64,000 nucleotides of DNA from Patescibacteria group bacterium (GTDB lineage: Bacteria > Patescibacteriota > Minisyncoccia > Phycocordibacterales > SIBU01), in contig JAZJZC010000002.1 of NCBI GenBank assembly GCA_040390045.1, positions 101,113 through 165,112 of the forward strand, read 5' to 3'. The stretch's first letter is position 1, and every line of letters starts with the position of its first letter. A program made the translations under genes and the position numbers. The notes under the pieces are model-generated. The model made no database searches and was not told where the DNA came from. It saw only the letters and a program-made list of their open reading frames with translations. Shown one piece after another: positions 9,362 through 19,592 of this stretch.

Positions 9362-12300
9362 ATGGACTTTTTCTATACAGAAAAAAGGAGATTTTTACGT
9401 ACGATTCTACCCCTGTTAATCTTTTCAATCCTTTTCTTTCCTTCTCCCTCGAATGCCTCGGGACCTTCGGTGAATACACCTTCGGCTAACGCTGTATTAG
9501 CTGATACTACTCCCTCAGTTCTCTCTACCGTAGCGCAACAAGTTTACACTGGGGTTAACTCGTTCTTCTGCTCTCTCGGAAGTTTGTTTGGTGCTTGTGG
9601 AACTACTAAAACTACTACCGTTGTTACACCTTCTCTTCCAACTGCTCCAGTTGGAACTCCGAACTCGTCTGCGAGCATCGGAGCCACTCCCACGATTGTA
9701 AACAACTACATCACTCAACCAGTAATTCACGAAACTACAGTTTCAAACACAGGTGGTGTTACCCAAGGACAACTTGCAGCAGCGCTCAACCAACTCGAAA
9801 ACAAACTTTCTTCTAAATTCTTTTCCATTGTTGGAACTCCGAACTCGTCTTCGAGCATCGGAGCCGCACCGGTTAACATTACGCAAATTATTCAAAATCC
9901 TCCGTTACCTTTTGCAACGAGGATTGATAAATTGGAAAATGTGATTCTCACTACACCTACAGTTTCAGGAGGTTCATTTAGTAATCCTACGATCTCAGGA
10001 GGTTCCATTGTCGGAACTTCAATTTCCGCTACCACCGGATCTTTTTCAGGTGATGTTACGATCTTGGGCAATCTCATTGCACCCTCAAGTGTCACAACGT
10101 ACGGAGCTTCGATTGCCCCTTATTTTACGGCGACCTCAAGTACGGCGACATCTACGTTTGCAGGAGGAATGAATGTGGCGGGGGATACGGGGCTTACGGT
10201 GTTACAAAATGGAAAAGTTGGGATTGGGACGGCGGCGCCGCGGTTCGGCTTATCTCTTGGTTCCATAACTAATGCAGGCACCGACACTCCAGATACCATC
10301 GATCTCGGCGGTACTTACAGCTCGACCCCAGGTTCCAACCTCAAGCTTCGCGCGTATTGGGACGGTGCAGTTCAATATGGAATTGGCGTTTCTGCCAATC
10401 AGATGGAATTCGTAACGACCGTCGGTTCCCAAGTTTGGTTTAACGCCGGTAGTGAGAAAATGCGCCTTACTCAAACCGGCAACCTTGGCATCGGCACCAC
10501 CACTCCCGCCGCCCGTCTTTCACTCAACCAACCTTCCACCACCGCTCTCGGCCTGTATCTTGCCGGCTTCTCGAACGCCACTGTCGACCTCTTCCGCATT
10601 TCCACTTCAACCCTCACCGCAACCTCCACAGCTTTTGTTGTTAACTCCAACGGCAAAGTCGGGATTGGGACGACGAGTCCGCAAGCAACTTTGGGTATGA
10701 CGGGTAGTATCGGTGTCAATTCGAGTCATTTGTTTTTGGCGACGAATGGAAATGTTGGCATCGGCACAACCTCTCCAACCCAACGCCTCTCCCTCCAAGG
10801 CTCCGCTCTTTTTAGTGGAGACCTAAACCTCGCCAACTTGACCGCCACCGGAACAATCTCAACTCCAAACCTCACCGTCACCGGCTTTGTAAACGGCGGC
10901 GCTCAATGTTTGCAAATCAACGCCAGTGGAGTGGTCTCCGGAACTGGAGGAGTCTGCGGAGGAGCGGGGCAAAGTCCAGCGGGAGTGACCGGAACCATGC
11001 AATACAACAACGGGGGAGTCTTCGGAGGTACCGCCAACATTTTCTTTGACTCAACAAACAGCAGACTTGGTATCGGTACTTCCACCCCAGGTACCCTGAC
11101 TGAACTCTACGCTTCCAATACCGGAACCACACTCGCTACTCTCACCGAACCATCTCTCTCCATCACTAACTCCGCCACTACCGTCAATAACTTTGAGTCT
11201 CTCTTGTTCCGCCACATCACCTCCACCGGTGCCCAACAAACCATGGCCCAAATCTCTGGTGTTAACTTGGTGCACACCAACGCGATCGACTCCGGAGCTC
11301 TTGCCTTCCTCACCCGAAACGCCGGAACTCTTTCAGAGAAAATGCGATTGACTAACGCCGGTCTTTTTGGAGTTGGCACGAGCACCCCCTCATCTCTCGT
11401 CGAGGTTTACGGATCCAATACTGGGACTTTACTCACAACCTTTGCCGACCCAACTCTTTCCATTACCAACCCCAATACCACTGTCAACAACTTTTCCACT
11501 TTGGCCTTCAGACACATCACCTCAACCGGAGCTGAAACTACTATGTCCCAGATCTCTGGAGTGAACCTCGTCCATACCAATGCTGCTGATTCTGGAGCGC
11601 TCGCATTCCTCACAAGAAACACTGGCACCCTTGCTGAAAAAATGCGCATCACCAACCAAGGTCTTGTCGGTATTGGCACCACTTCTCCTGGCCTTATCCT
11701 CACCGTCTCCGCCACATCTTCTCTTTCCAACCTCGGACTCTTTGATGTGGTGGCAGTACCAAGTGCTGGAGCTACTACTACAGCTCTGCGAGTAATATCG
11801 AGCGGCAACGTTGGCATCGGTACCAGTTCTCCATACTCTAAGCTCTCAGTCGCTGGCGAAGTAGTCGCCCAAAACTTCACCGCCACCTCAACCGCCACTT
11901 CCACCTTCGCCGGAGGAGTGGGCATCGGCACCACCTCTCCCCAAGCCAACCTCGGTATCCAAGGTTCAATCGGAGTCAACGCTTCTCAACTCTACCTCGC
12001 CGCAACCGGTAACGTCGGCATCAACACCACCAACCCCGGCGCCCTCTTCTCCGTCAACGGCACCGCTTCCACCTCTCTCCTCACTATCTCCGGTATCACA
12101 ACCGCTACTGGTCAATGTCTCCAAATCAATTCACTCGGAGTTGTCTCAGGAACCGGAGCAGTTTGTGGAGGTGCCGGCTCAGTTCCCGCAGGAAGTAGTG
12201 GAGCACTACAATTCAATAACGCCGGAGTGTTCGGAGGAGGTAATCTTTCTTGGGACAACACCAACAACATTCTCTCAACAACAGCTGGCACATTCTCTCT

Positions 12301-15300
12301 CAATTCTTTCACTGGTAATGTAGGCATTGGCACAAGCACTCCCTACGCAGCACTTTCTATAGCTGGAGCGTCAGGTGTGGTGGCTAATATTTTTACGGCA
12401 ACTTCAACAACCGCCACTTCCACCTTTGCCGGAGGAGTTGGTATTGGCACCACGTCTCCTTCCGCCACGCTTTCAATTTCCGGAGACACCTACACCTCAG
12501 GAAATCTTTCTGCCACCAACATAACCGCTTCAGGTACTGCCAGCTCAAGCGCTCTCACTGTCTCCGGTCTCGCCACTCTCCAATCACTGACCATCTCAGG
12601 AATTGCATCCACTGCACAATGTTTACAAATCAATTCTCTCGGAGTCGTCTCAGGCACTGGAACAACCTGTGCCGGAGGTTCGGGTTCAGGATCAACAACG
12701 CCACAAGGAGTTTCTGGAGCGTTGCAGTTTAACAATGGGGGAGTACTTGGTGGGGCGAATCCGCTCATTTGGGACAACATAAATAATATTTTTTCTCTTT
12801 CGGATCCGACGAAGTTGGGGATCGGAACAACGAGTCCGCAAGCAACAATTGGTATGGCTGGATCAATCGGGGTTAATTCTTCGCAGTTGGTTTTGGCTTC
12901 GAGTGGATTTGTGGGTATTGGGACAACAACTCCATCTGATTTCCTACATGTTTTTGCAGATAATGCTCATACACGGGCAATAATTCAAGCGACAGGATCT
13001 TTTCTTGCTGGGGTATCATTGACGACAGATACGAGTCAATGGACTATCGATAACAGAGGAACATTTGATGCTCCAAATGATCGCTTCCTTATTACTCACC
13101 AAGGTGTCGCTGTTCGAATGGTGATAGATAACACCGGTAACGTTGGTTTTGGTACTTCTTCTCCTTACGCTAAAATCTCTATCGGTTCTACTGCAACCGC
13201 TTCAACAACTCTCGCTCTTCGGCCAATTGCTTCACAAACAGGAAATATTTTAGATATATACAACACCTCAGGAGCTCTGACATCAGTAATGACTGCAAGT
13301 GGTAAACTTGGTATTGGTACTTCGTCACCTTTTGCAACTTTTGCTGTAAATCCAATAGGGGGTCAGGCTAGTAATCAGTTTGTCGTCGGCTCCTCAACTG
13401 CCACCAACTTCATCATCACAAATGGGGGACTTGTCGGTATTGGAACTACTTCTCCTTCCCAAGTTCTTTCTGTCAACGGTGGCGGACTTTTCAACGGCGC
13501 TCTTTCGGGGGTCACCAGTCTCGCAATGAACGGCAATCTTTCGGGTGTCGCCAACCTCACAACAACCGGAACCGTCACTTTCGCTAATATCAATGGCTCC
13601 GCCCAATGTCTCCATGTTGATTCATCAGGTAACCTCACCGGCACAGGTAGCGACTGTGGAGGAGCAGGTTCATCCCCAGGAAGCCCAGTGGGAGGAATTC
13701 AATTCAACACCGGAGGAGTCTTCACTGCATCAACATCACTGACCTTCGACAACACCACCACAGGTCTTTTGGGTATTGGTACCACCACTCCAACTTCAAG
13801 TATCGAAATCTACAAAACGAGCTCCGGTACAACATTAGCTACCTTTGCCGAACCAACTCTTTCCATCACCAACCCCAACACAACAGTAAACAACTTCTCA
13901 ACTCTTGCTTTCCGTCACATCACCTCAACCGGAGCAGAAACCACTAACTCTCAAATTTCTGGTGTCAACCTCGTCCATACCAACGCAGCTGACTCGGGAG
14001 CTCTGGCATTCCTGACCAGAAACGCGGGAACCCTTGCAGAAAAAATGCGCTTGACCAACGCCGGTCTTTTGGGAGTTGGAACTTCAACTCCAGGAAGTCT
14101 CATCGAAGTCTACGCTTCTGCTGCAGGAACCACTCTAACCACTCACGCCGATCCAACCCTTTCAATCACCAACAGTAACACCACGGTAAACAATTTCTCT
14201 ACACTGGCTTTCAGACACATCACTTCAACTGGAGCAGAAACCACCAACTCTCAAATCTCTGGAATAAACCTCATACATACGAACGCCGCCGACTCTGGTA
14301 TCATGGCCTTCCTTACCCGAAACGCCGGAACTCTTGCTGAAAAAATGCGCATCACCAACACCGGACTCGTAGGTATTGGCACCACTACTCCGTTTGCGCA
14401 ACTTTCTGTTAATCCGAACGCCATCGGTTCTGCCGCCGCTTTCATCATCGGCTCTTCAACTGCTACTAACTTTGTCGTGACGAACGGAGGTAATGTTGGA
14501 ATCGGTACCGCTGTCCCCGGTTCACTTCTTACTGTTGCCGGTCTCACCAGCACCACCAACCTCACCGTCTCCGGAATCACGAACGGCTCTGGACAATGTC
14601 TCCAAATCAATTCCGCCGGAGCAGTTTCAGGAACCGGAGCAGTTTGTGGAGGTTCAGGATCAGTGCCACTAGGCTCTACTGGCGCACTCCAATATAACAA
14701 CGGCGGTCTCTTTGCTGGAGCAGCTACTATGATTTGGGACGCCACCAACAACCGACTCGGCATTGGAACTTCTACTCCTTACACCGCACTCGGAGTTGCC
14801 GGAACCGTAGTAGCTGATAACTACATTGCTACTTCAACGACAGCTCCATCAGTCTTTACTTACGCTTCCACCACCGCTCTCACTGTCACCGGAGTCAACT
14901 CACTCTTTGTGAGCGGCGTCATCAACTCCGCCACCTCAACTGCTGCCGGTATCACAACGACAGATGCCAACACCACTTCAACCTTTGCTGGTTCACTTTC
15001 CGTCAACGGCACTGCTTCAACTTCACTCCTAACCATTTCCAACATTAGTAATGGAGCCGGACAATGTTTGCAGATTAATGCGACGGGACAAGTGACGGGG
15101 ACGGGAGCTGCTTGTGGAGGAAGTGGATCGGTGCCGGGAGGAAGTACAGGGGCAATTCAGTACAATACCGGCGGAGTCTTCACGGGAGGAAATTTGACGT
15201 GGGACAATACGCTGAATGCTTTGAACACCAACACCGCAATTCTTTCTCTTGGAGGCAACGCGCTAGCAGGAAGCTTTACGGCAACATCGACGACAGCGAC

Positions 15301-18145
15301 GAGTACCTTTACCGGCGCAACCTTTTCTGGAAATGTAGGAATTGGCACAACCACTCCTTCTGCCAAACTTACCATCGACAATCGTGGAAATGACACCAAT
15401 CCCTTTTCAATTACCACAAATGGATCAGTGGGAAACTACACGGCTACAAACACCGCGATGTTCATCCGAGATGCCGCGGGGACAGAGCTCATGAGAATAT
15501 TTGCGAGTGATTCAAATGGAGCACACTTTAACTCAGGTAACCTCTACATGGGGTATCAAGCAGGTGCGTCCAACCCAGTCGCTAACGTTTCAACATCCGG
15601 TTATTACAATACAGGTGTTGGATATCAAACGATGCTATCTAATACCAGTGGTGTCAGTAATACCGCTAATGGTTGGGGATCGCTTTTGAATAATACCAGC
15701 GGTTCATATAACGCAGGTTTCGGTATGTATTCTCTAGCTATAAATTTTACAGGTTCAAATAACGCCAGTCTTGGTGCATATTCTCAGGTGTACAACGGTT
15801 CAGCAACCAGTAGCACTGCTGTTGGGTATGCTGCTGGTTCTGGACTTGGAGGTGGATCACAATTTAACAACCAAGGTGGCACCTACGTCGGATACCAAAG
15901 TGGTTACAACCTAAGAACCAACTCGGACTACAACACCTTCCTCGGCTACCAATCAGGATATGGAGTAACCACAGGTAAAGATAATATTATTCTTGGTACT
16001 GCCACTTCTTCAACAGCCATCGCCAATCTCACTACCGGTTCACAAAACATTTTAATTGGAAGTAATATTTCCTTCCCATCTGCAACAGCCAGTGGTCAAC
16101 TTACTATTGGAAACATCATTTACGGAACGGGAAATACAGGAGCAGGATCAAATTTGTCGACGGGGAAGATTGGTATTGGTACTGCAAATCCTACCCAAAA
16201 ACTTGATATTGCTGGGAGTCTTGCAATACAAGGAGGAACAATTAATTTTGGTACTGGTTCTGCAACTTCAACTCTCACTTCAGTGAGCGGCAATCTTGGC
16301 ATCGGCACCACTACTCCCGGCGCAACCTTCGCGGTCACTGGTAGCGGTCTCTTCTCAACACAAGTGAGCACTCCAAATCTTTCTATCACCGGCATTACCA
16401 ACGGCGGAGCACAATGTTTGCAAATCAATGCACAAGGTTTGGTTTCTGGTACTGGTGGAGTCTGTGGAGGTGGGGGAAGCGGATCGGTTCCTGCGGGATC
16501 AGACGGAGCATTGCAGTTTAATAGTGGGGGAGTTTTCGGAGGAGGACATCTATTCTGGAACGACACAACAAATAATTTGACTACCGATTCAGGAGACTTC
16601 TTGCTGAATCCAACTGGAAATATTGGTATTGGTACTACGACAACAAATTCTACGTTCAAAGTGACTCTGCAAGGTTCACAAAATATTGTGGACGGTACGC
16701 TGTATCTACACTCTGGAGCGATACCAGGCGATAGTGCTACCGTCTCAGGGAGTGTTACATCAGCAGTGAGAGGTTTGCAACTGACTGGAGGAGGAGCTTT
16801 TGGTAGCAGTACCATAACCGCTTGGCACAATAGCGGTGGCGCGTTAGAAATCAATGGTAAGAGTACCGGTGTAGGAGCAACCACAGCTCAAATAACCCTA
16901 ATGCCGTCAACAAGTAGCTTTACTCCTTATCTATCTTTTAGCACAGGCGGTACTGCTTTTTCACTAACCGAAAGAATGAAAATTACTTCTACTGGCCGAA
17001 TTGGTATTGGTACCAGCACTCCCGGCTCTTTCTTCTCAATCCTGGATATCGCCAACTTCGCTACTTCTACCGGCGTTACTTTCTATAGAGGTCTCACCAC
17101 TCCCAACTTCATTGCAACCTCCTCTCTTGCTTCTGTCTTCCCATTCGCTTCCACTACCGCCATCACCTCAAGTGGTTCAGCATACTTTGCAACTCTCGGT
17201 GGTGCTGTCGGAATCGGCACAACTTCTCCTTCCTCGCTATTGTCTCTCACTCAACCCACCAACACCGAAGCCGGCGGCCTCTGGATCGCAGGCACCGACG
17301 GCGACTACCGCTCTATATATATATCTGACACCACAGGCGTTCTCTCCTTCGGAGGGGGAGACGCCGCCGGAGTCTACAACACCGCTACCCTCAATGACGC
17401 AGGAGCTTGGACTAATGCATCCGATAGAAAATACAAGGAAAACATTGCCGACTTAAACACCAAGTACACCCTCGATACCTTGATGAGCATCCAACCTCGC
17501 TTCTACACCATGAAAGGCACTGGAAAACCTCAGATTGGATTCATTGCTCAAGAACTTAAACTCGTTTTGCCTGAAGTCGTCGAAGGAGTAGATGGCTCCA
17601 TGGGAATCTCCTACGGAAACATGGTGGCACTGCTGGTAGAAGCCGTACAAGAATTAGCAAAAAAAGTCACGGGGTTTGCAAGTGAATTTACGACGAAGAA
17701 ACTTTGTGTGGATGACGTTTGTGTGACTCGCGACCAATTCAAAAAAATGATTGAAAATTCGGGAGCTACTTCAACAGGTTCAAGTGGTTCTGGAAGTGAG
17801 AGTGCCGCGCCCGCTGCGGGCGCGGCCTCCTCGACTCCTTCTACTGACATTACTCCACCAGTTATCACCTTGACCGGCGACAATCCAGCCACCATTTCTC
17901 TCGGTTCCTCATACATTGACCTTGGTGCAACTGTTACTGACAACGTTTCCCAAAACATCACAGCTGACCTTTTTGAAAATACTGTTGATACCACAACCGC
18001 GGGAACGTATTATGTAATTTATACGGCACATGATGCCGCGATGAACATTGCCACTTCGACGCGAAGTGTAGTTGTCAGTAATCCTGTTGTAACTCCCACC
18101 GCAACATCGACTGATCCCGTAGCAACCACCACGCCGACGGAATAA
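9362..18145 (+). CDS. giant secreted repeat fibre protein (beta-helix/tail-fibre-like) with C-terminal intramolecular chaperone autoproteolysis domain and terminal Ig-like domain
   Basis: Probable start MDFFYTEKRRFLRTILPLLIFSILFFPSPSNASG (signal peptide). About 2,900 aa of G/T/S-rich repeats (NVGIGTTSP; TATSTFAGG). The C-terminus has NASDRKYKENIADL...GFIAQELKLVLPEVV, resembling the S74 tail-fibre chaperone, then a PPVITLTGDNPATISLGSSYIDLGATVTDNV Ig-like segment. Confidence 0.75.
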   Translation: MDFFYTEKRRFLRTILPLLIFSILFFPSPSNASGPSVNTPSANAVLADTTPSVLSTVAQQVYTGVNSFFCSLGSLFGACGTTKTTTVVTPSLPTAPVGTPNSSASIGATPTIVNNYITQPVIHETTVSNTGGVTQGQLAAALNQLENKLSSKFFSIVGTPNSSSSIGAAPVNITQIIQNPPLPFATRIDKLENVILTTPTVSGGSFSNPTISGGSIVGTSISATTGSFSGDVTILGNLIAPSSVTTYGASIAPYFTATSSTATSTFAGGMNVAGDTGLTVLQNGKVGIGTAAPRFGLSLGSITNAGTDTPDTIDLGGTYSSTPGSNLKLRAYWDGAVQYGIGVSANQMEFVTTVGSQVWFNAGSEKMRLTQTGNLGIGTTTPAARLSLNQPSTTALGLYLAGFSNATVDLFRISTSTLTATSTAFVVNSNGKVGIGTTSPQATLGMTGSIGVNSSHLFLATNGNVGIGTTSPTQRLSLQGSALFSGDLNLANLTATGTISTPNLTVTGFVNGGAQCLQINASGVVSGTGGVCGGAGQSPAGVTGTMQYNNGGVFGGTANIFFDSTNSRLGIGTSTPGTLTELYASNTGTTLATLTEPSLSITNSATTVNNFESLLFRHITSTGAQQTMAQISGVNLVHTNAIDSGALAFLTRNAGTLSEKMRLTNAGLFGVGTSTPSSLVEVYGSNTGTLLTTFADPTLSITNPNTTVNNFSTLAFRHITSTGAETTMSQISGVNLVHTNAADSGALAFLTRNTGTLAEKMRITNQGLVGIGTTSPGLILTVSATSSLSNLGLFDVVAVPSAGATTTALRVISSGNVGIGTSSPYSKLSVAGEVVAQNFTATSTATSTFAGGVGIGTTSPQANLGIQGSIGVNASQLYLAATGNVGINTTNPGALFSVNGTASTSLLTISGITTATGQCLQINSLGVVSGTGAVCGGAGSVPAGSSGALQFNNAGVFGGGNLSWDNTNNILSTTAGTFSLNSFTGNVGIGTSTPYAALSIAGASGVVANIFTATSTTATSTFAGGVGIGTTSPSATLSISGDTYTSGNLSATNITASGTASSSALTVSGLATLQSLTISGIASTAQCLQINSLGVVSGTGTTCAGGSGSGSTTPQGVSGALQFNNGGVLGGANPLIWDNINNIFSLSDPTKLGIGTTSPQATIGMAGSIGVNSSQLVLASSGFVGIGTTTPSDFLHVFADNAHTRAIIQATGSFLAGVSLTTDTSQWTIDNRGTFDAPNDRFLITHQGVAVRMVIDNTGNVGFGTSSPYAKISIGSTATASTTLALRPIASQTGNILDIYNTSGALTSVMTASGKLGIGTSSPFATFAVNPIGGQASNQFVVGSSTATNFIITNGGLVGIGTTSPSQVLSVNGGGLFNGALSGVTSLAMNGNLSGVANLTTTGTVTFANINGSAQCLHVDSSGNLTGTGSDCGGAGSSPGSPVGGIQFNTGGVFTASTSLTFDNTTTGLLGIGTTTPTSSIEIYKTSSGTTLATFAEPTLSITNPNTTVNNFSTLAFRHITSTGAETTNSQISGVNLVHTNAADSGALAFLTRNAGTLAEKMRLTNAGLLGVGTSTPGSLIEVYASAAGTTLTTHADPTLSITNSNTTVNNFSTLAFRHITSTGAETTNSQISGINLIHTNAADSGIMAFLTRNAGTLAEKMRITNTGLVGIGTTTPFAQLSVNPNAIGSAAAFIIGSSTATNFVVTNGGNVGIGTAVPGSLLTVAGLTSTTNLTVSGITNGSGQCLQINSAGAVSGTGAVCGGSGSVPLGSTGALQYNNGGLFAGAATMIWDATNNRLGIGTSTPYTALGVAGTVVADNYIATSTTAPSVFTYASTTALTVTGVNSLFVSGVINSATSTAAGITTTDANTTSTFAGSLSVNGTASTSLLTISNISNGAGQCLQINATGQVTGTGAACGGSGSVPGGSTGAIQYNTGGVFTGGNLTWDNTLNALNTNTAILSLGGNALAGSFTATSTTATSTFTGATFSGNVGIGTTTPSAKLTIDNRGNDTNPFSITTNGSVGNYTATNTAMFIRDAAGTELMRIFASDSNGAHFNSGNLYMGYQAGASNPVANVSTSGYYNTGVGYQTMLSNTSGVSNTANGWGSLLNNTSGSYNAGFGMYSLAINFTGSNNASLGAYSQVYNGSATSSTAVGYAAGSGLGGGSQFNNQGGTYVGYQSGYNLRTNSDYNTFLGYQSGYGVTTGKDNIILGTATSSTAIANLTTGSQNILIGSNISFPSATASGQLTIGNIIYGTGNTGAGSNLSTGKIGIGTANPTQKLDIAGSLAIQGGTINFGTGSATSTLTSVSGNLGIGTTTPGATFAVTGSGLFSTQVSTPNLSITGITNGGAQCLQINAQGLVSGTGGVCGGGGSGSVPAGSDGALQFNSGGVFGGGHLFWNDTTNNLTTDSGDFLLNPTGNIGIGTTTTNSTFKVTLQGSQNIVDGTLYLHSGAIPGDSATVSGSVTSAVRGLQLTGGGAFGSSTITAWHNSGGALEINGKSTGVGATTAQITLMPSTSSFTPYLSFSTGGTAFSLTERMKITSTGRIGIGTSTPGSFFSILDIANFATSTGVTFYRGLTTPNFIATSSLASVFPFASTTAITSSGSAYFATLGGAVGIGTTSPSSLLSLTQPTNTEAGGLWIAGTDGDYRSIYISDTTGVLSFGGGDAAGVYNTATLNDAGAWTNASDRKYKENIADLNTKYTLDTLMSIQPRFYTMKGTGKPQIGFIAQELKLVLPEVVEGVDGSMGISYGNMVALLVEAVQELAKKVTGFASEFTTKKLCVDDVCVTRDQFKKMIENSGATSTGSSGSGSESAAPAAGAASSTPSTDITPPVITLTGDNPATISLGSSYIDLGATVTDNVSQNITADLFENTVDTTTAGTYYVIYTAHDAAMNIATSTRSVVVSNPVVTPTATSTDPVATTTPTE
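10900..16560 (+). repeat. intragenic protein-level repeat array (7x GxQCLQIN..VSGTG.VCGG modules; 4-5x ~100-aa LTEPSLSITN...EKMRLTNAGL units)
   Basis: Recurrent QCLQIN(A/S)xGxVSGTGxVCGG occurrences at about 10.91, 12.11, 12.62, 13.60, 14.59, 15.06 and 16.42 kb. Near-identical ~100-aa units at 11.08-11.70 kb and 13.78-14.40 kb. DNA copies have diverged at synonymous sites. Confidence 0.7.
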
Positions 18146-18189
18146 TTTCGAGGATTAGTATTTTCGCGAAATCTGGGGACTAGTGCGCA

Positions 18190-18220
18190 TAGTTGTTTTT
18201 TGGGTTTGGTATTATAATAG
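18190..18220 (+). promoter_or_regulatory. candidate promoter (TATAAT at 18213-18218) for the pilN/O/P-like genes
   Basis: Consensus -10 TATAAT lies about 50 nt upstream of ATG 18271. The -35 is poor. Confidence 0.3.
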
Positions 18221-18270
18221 TGAGATATAGGTTCTTGATACAATTTCACCCTTCTATATTTATATTAAAA

Positions 18271-18906
18271 ATGGAAACAAGATTTCAAACTTCGTTCATT
18301 CCCAAAAAAACTGTTCCTCAAAGAGTGGGGAATGGTAGACCTGAGTCAGTCAGTGTCGTGATGGTAGTTTCAGTGGTTATTTTTTTGCTAACGGCCGCGA
18401 GTGCGGGCGGAGTATTTGCCTACAAAAAAATTTTGATAGAAAGAATTAATAGCAAAAACAAGCAATTTGTGGACGCTAAAAATTCTTTCCAGCCTGGTTT
18501 TATCGAGGAATTAAATCGTCTTAATAAACGCATTGATTCTGCCAACACTATTTTGGCGAAGCATACTGCGGTATCTCCCATCTTTGATTTTTTAGCTGAT
18601 ACCACGTTGGCCACAGTGAAGTTCAGCAAATTTTCCTACGGCCTCGATGATCTCGGGGACGTGTCGTTGTCTATGACGGGCTTGGCCAAAAACTTTGACG
18701 CGGTAGCTCTTCAGTCCGATCTTTTTGGTAAGGAGCCGCGAATCAAAAACCCCGTTTTTTCTGATGTGAACCCAGATCAAAAGGGTAATATCGCTTTTAA
18801 ATTCAGCGCGTCCCTTGATCCCAATTTTATTTCTTATAAAAGTAATTTGTCAGCGTTGACCCCAACTGAGGTTACTGCGGCGCCACCGGCTGAAGTTGCC
18901 AATTAA
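18271..18906 (+). CDS. PilN-like pilus assembly protein (single TM, periplasmic coiled-coil)
   Basis: Start METRFQTSFIPKK; one TM helix (VVMVVSVVIFLLTAASAGGVFAY) followed by a coiled-coil. Position between pilM and pilB. Confidence 0.5.
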   Translation: METRFQTSFIPKKTVPQRVGNGRPESVSVVMVVSVVIFLLTAASAGGVFAYKKILIERINSKNKQFVDAKNSFQPGFIEELNRLNKRIDSANTILAKHTAVSPIFDFLADTTLATVKFSKFSYGLDDLGDVSLSMTGLAKNFDAVALQSDLFGKEPRIKNPVFSDVNPDQKGNIAFKFSASLDPNFISYKSNLSALTPTEVTAAPPAEVAN

Positions 18907-18910
18907 TTAT

Positions 18911-19588
18911 ATGAGTATCCTTGTTCCAATCATTTTAATAGTTTCATCCATCGGAATATTTTTCGGTTACATTAATCCGGCCTATACAGCGGTGACGGGC
19001 AGTTCTGATCTGACAGAAAAAAGCGTTAAGGAGTTGCAGTCGGTTGAACAAGATTATGTGGATGCTTTGAATAAAACCGCACAAATTGAAACCGTCAGGG
19101 AAGGTTTGCTCACCAAATTTAACACGCTCTCCCTTGAGAACCGAGAAAAAATTTTTAAATTATTGCCAGACCACATTGATTCGGTTCGCTTGATTATTGA
19201 TACGAACAACATCGCTTCACGATACGGTATGTCGCTTTCTGATATTAAACTTTTTGCCAATAGTATTGTTGATAAAAATAATCCAGCAGGAGCCACAGGC
19301 TCGGCGCAAAATCCTAATGCCAACACCGCCAATGCTCCTCAGCAAATAGGGCCAGATAGTAGTTTGTATGATTCGGTAAAATTAGGTTTTAGCATGTCGG
19401 GGCCGTATGAAAATTTCTTACTGTTTTTGTCGGATGTTCAAAAAAGTTTGCGTATCGTTGATATTACTTCGATTGCTTTTGAAAATTCTGATACTTCTGC
19501 GCCGCCAGCTGGTTCTAAAGTTGTGCAAACTTCCGGTCCTGAAATTTATAAGTATTCAATTAATTTAAGAACTTATTTTCTAAAATAA
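18911..19588 (+). CDS. PilO-like pilus assembly protein
   Basis: Start MSILVPIILIVSSIGIFFGY (single TM) then a coiled-coil. Immediately follows the PilN-like gene. Confidence 0.45.
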   Translation: MSILVPIILIVSSIGIFFGYINPAYTAVTGSSDLTEKSVKELQSVEQDYVDALNKTAQIETVREGLLTKFNTLSLENREKIFKLLPDHIDSVRLIIDTNNIASRYGMSLSDIKLFANSIVDKNNPAGATGSAQNPNANTANAPQQIGPDSSLYDSVKLGFSMSGPYENFLLFLSDVQKSLRIVDITSIAFENSDTSAPPAGSKVVQTSGPEIYKYSINLRTYFLK

Positions 19589-19592
19589 TTAG

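Noticed and set aside
9515-17994. Numerous 60-250-aa ORFs on both strands inside the giant gene (e.g. 11407-11979, 14251-14763, 16120-16884)
   Set aside because: They are antisense or out-of-frame to a continuous 8.8-kb ORF with a signal peptide, coherent repeats and a recognisable C-terminal domain. Their low-complexity P/A/V-rich translations mirror the repeats.
9362-18145. Interpreting the giant tail-fibre-like gene as part of a prophage
   Set aside because: No capsid, terminase, portal, integrase or other phage genes flank it; the flanks are pilus assembly genes. The S74 chaperone domain also occurs in cellular fibre adhesins.
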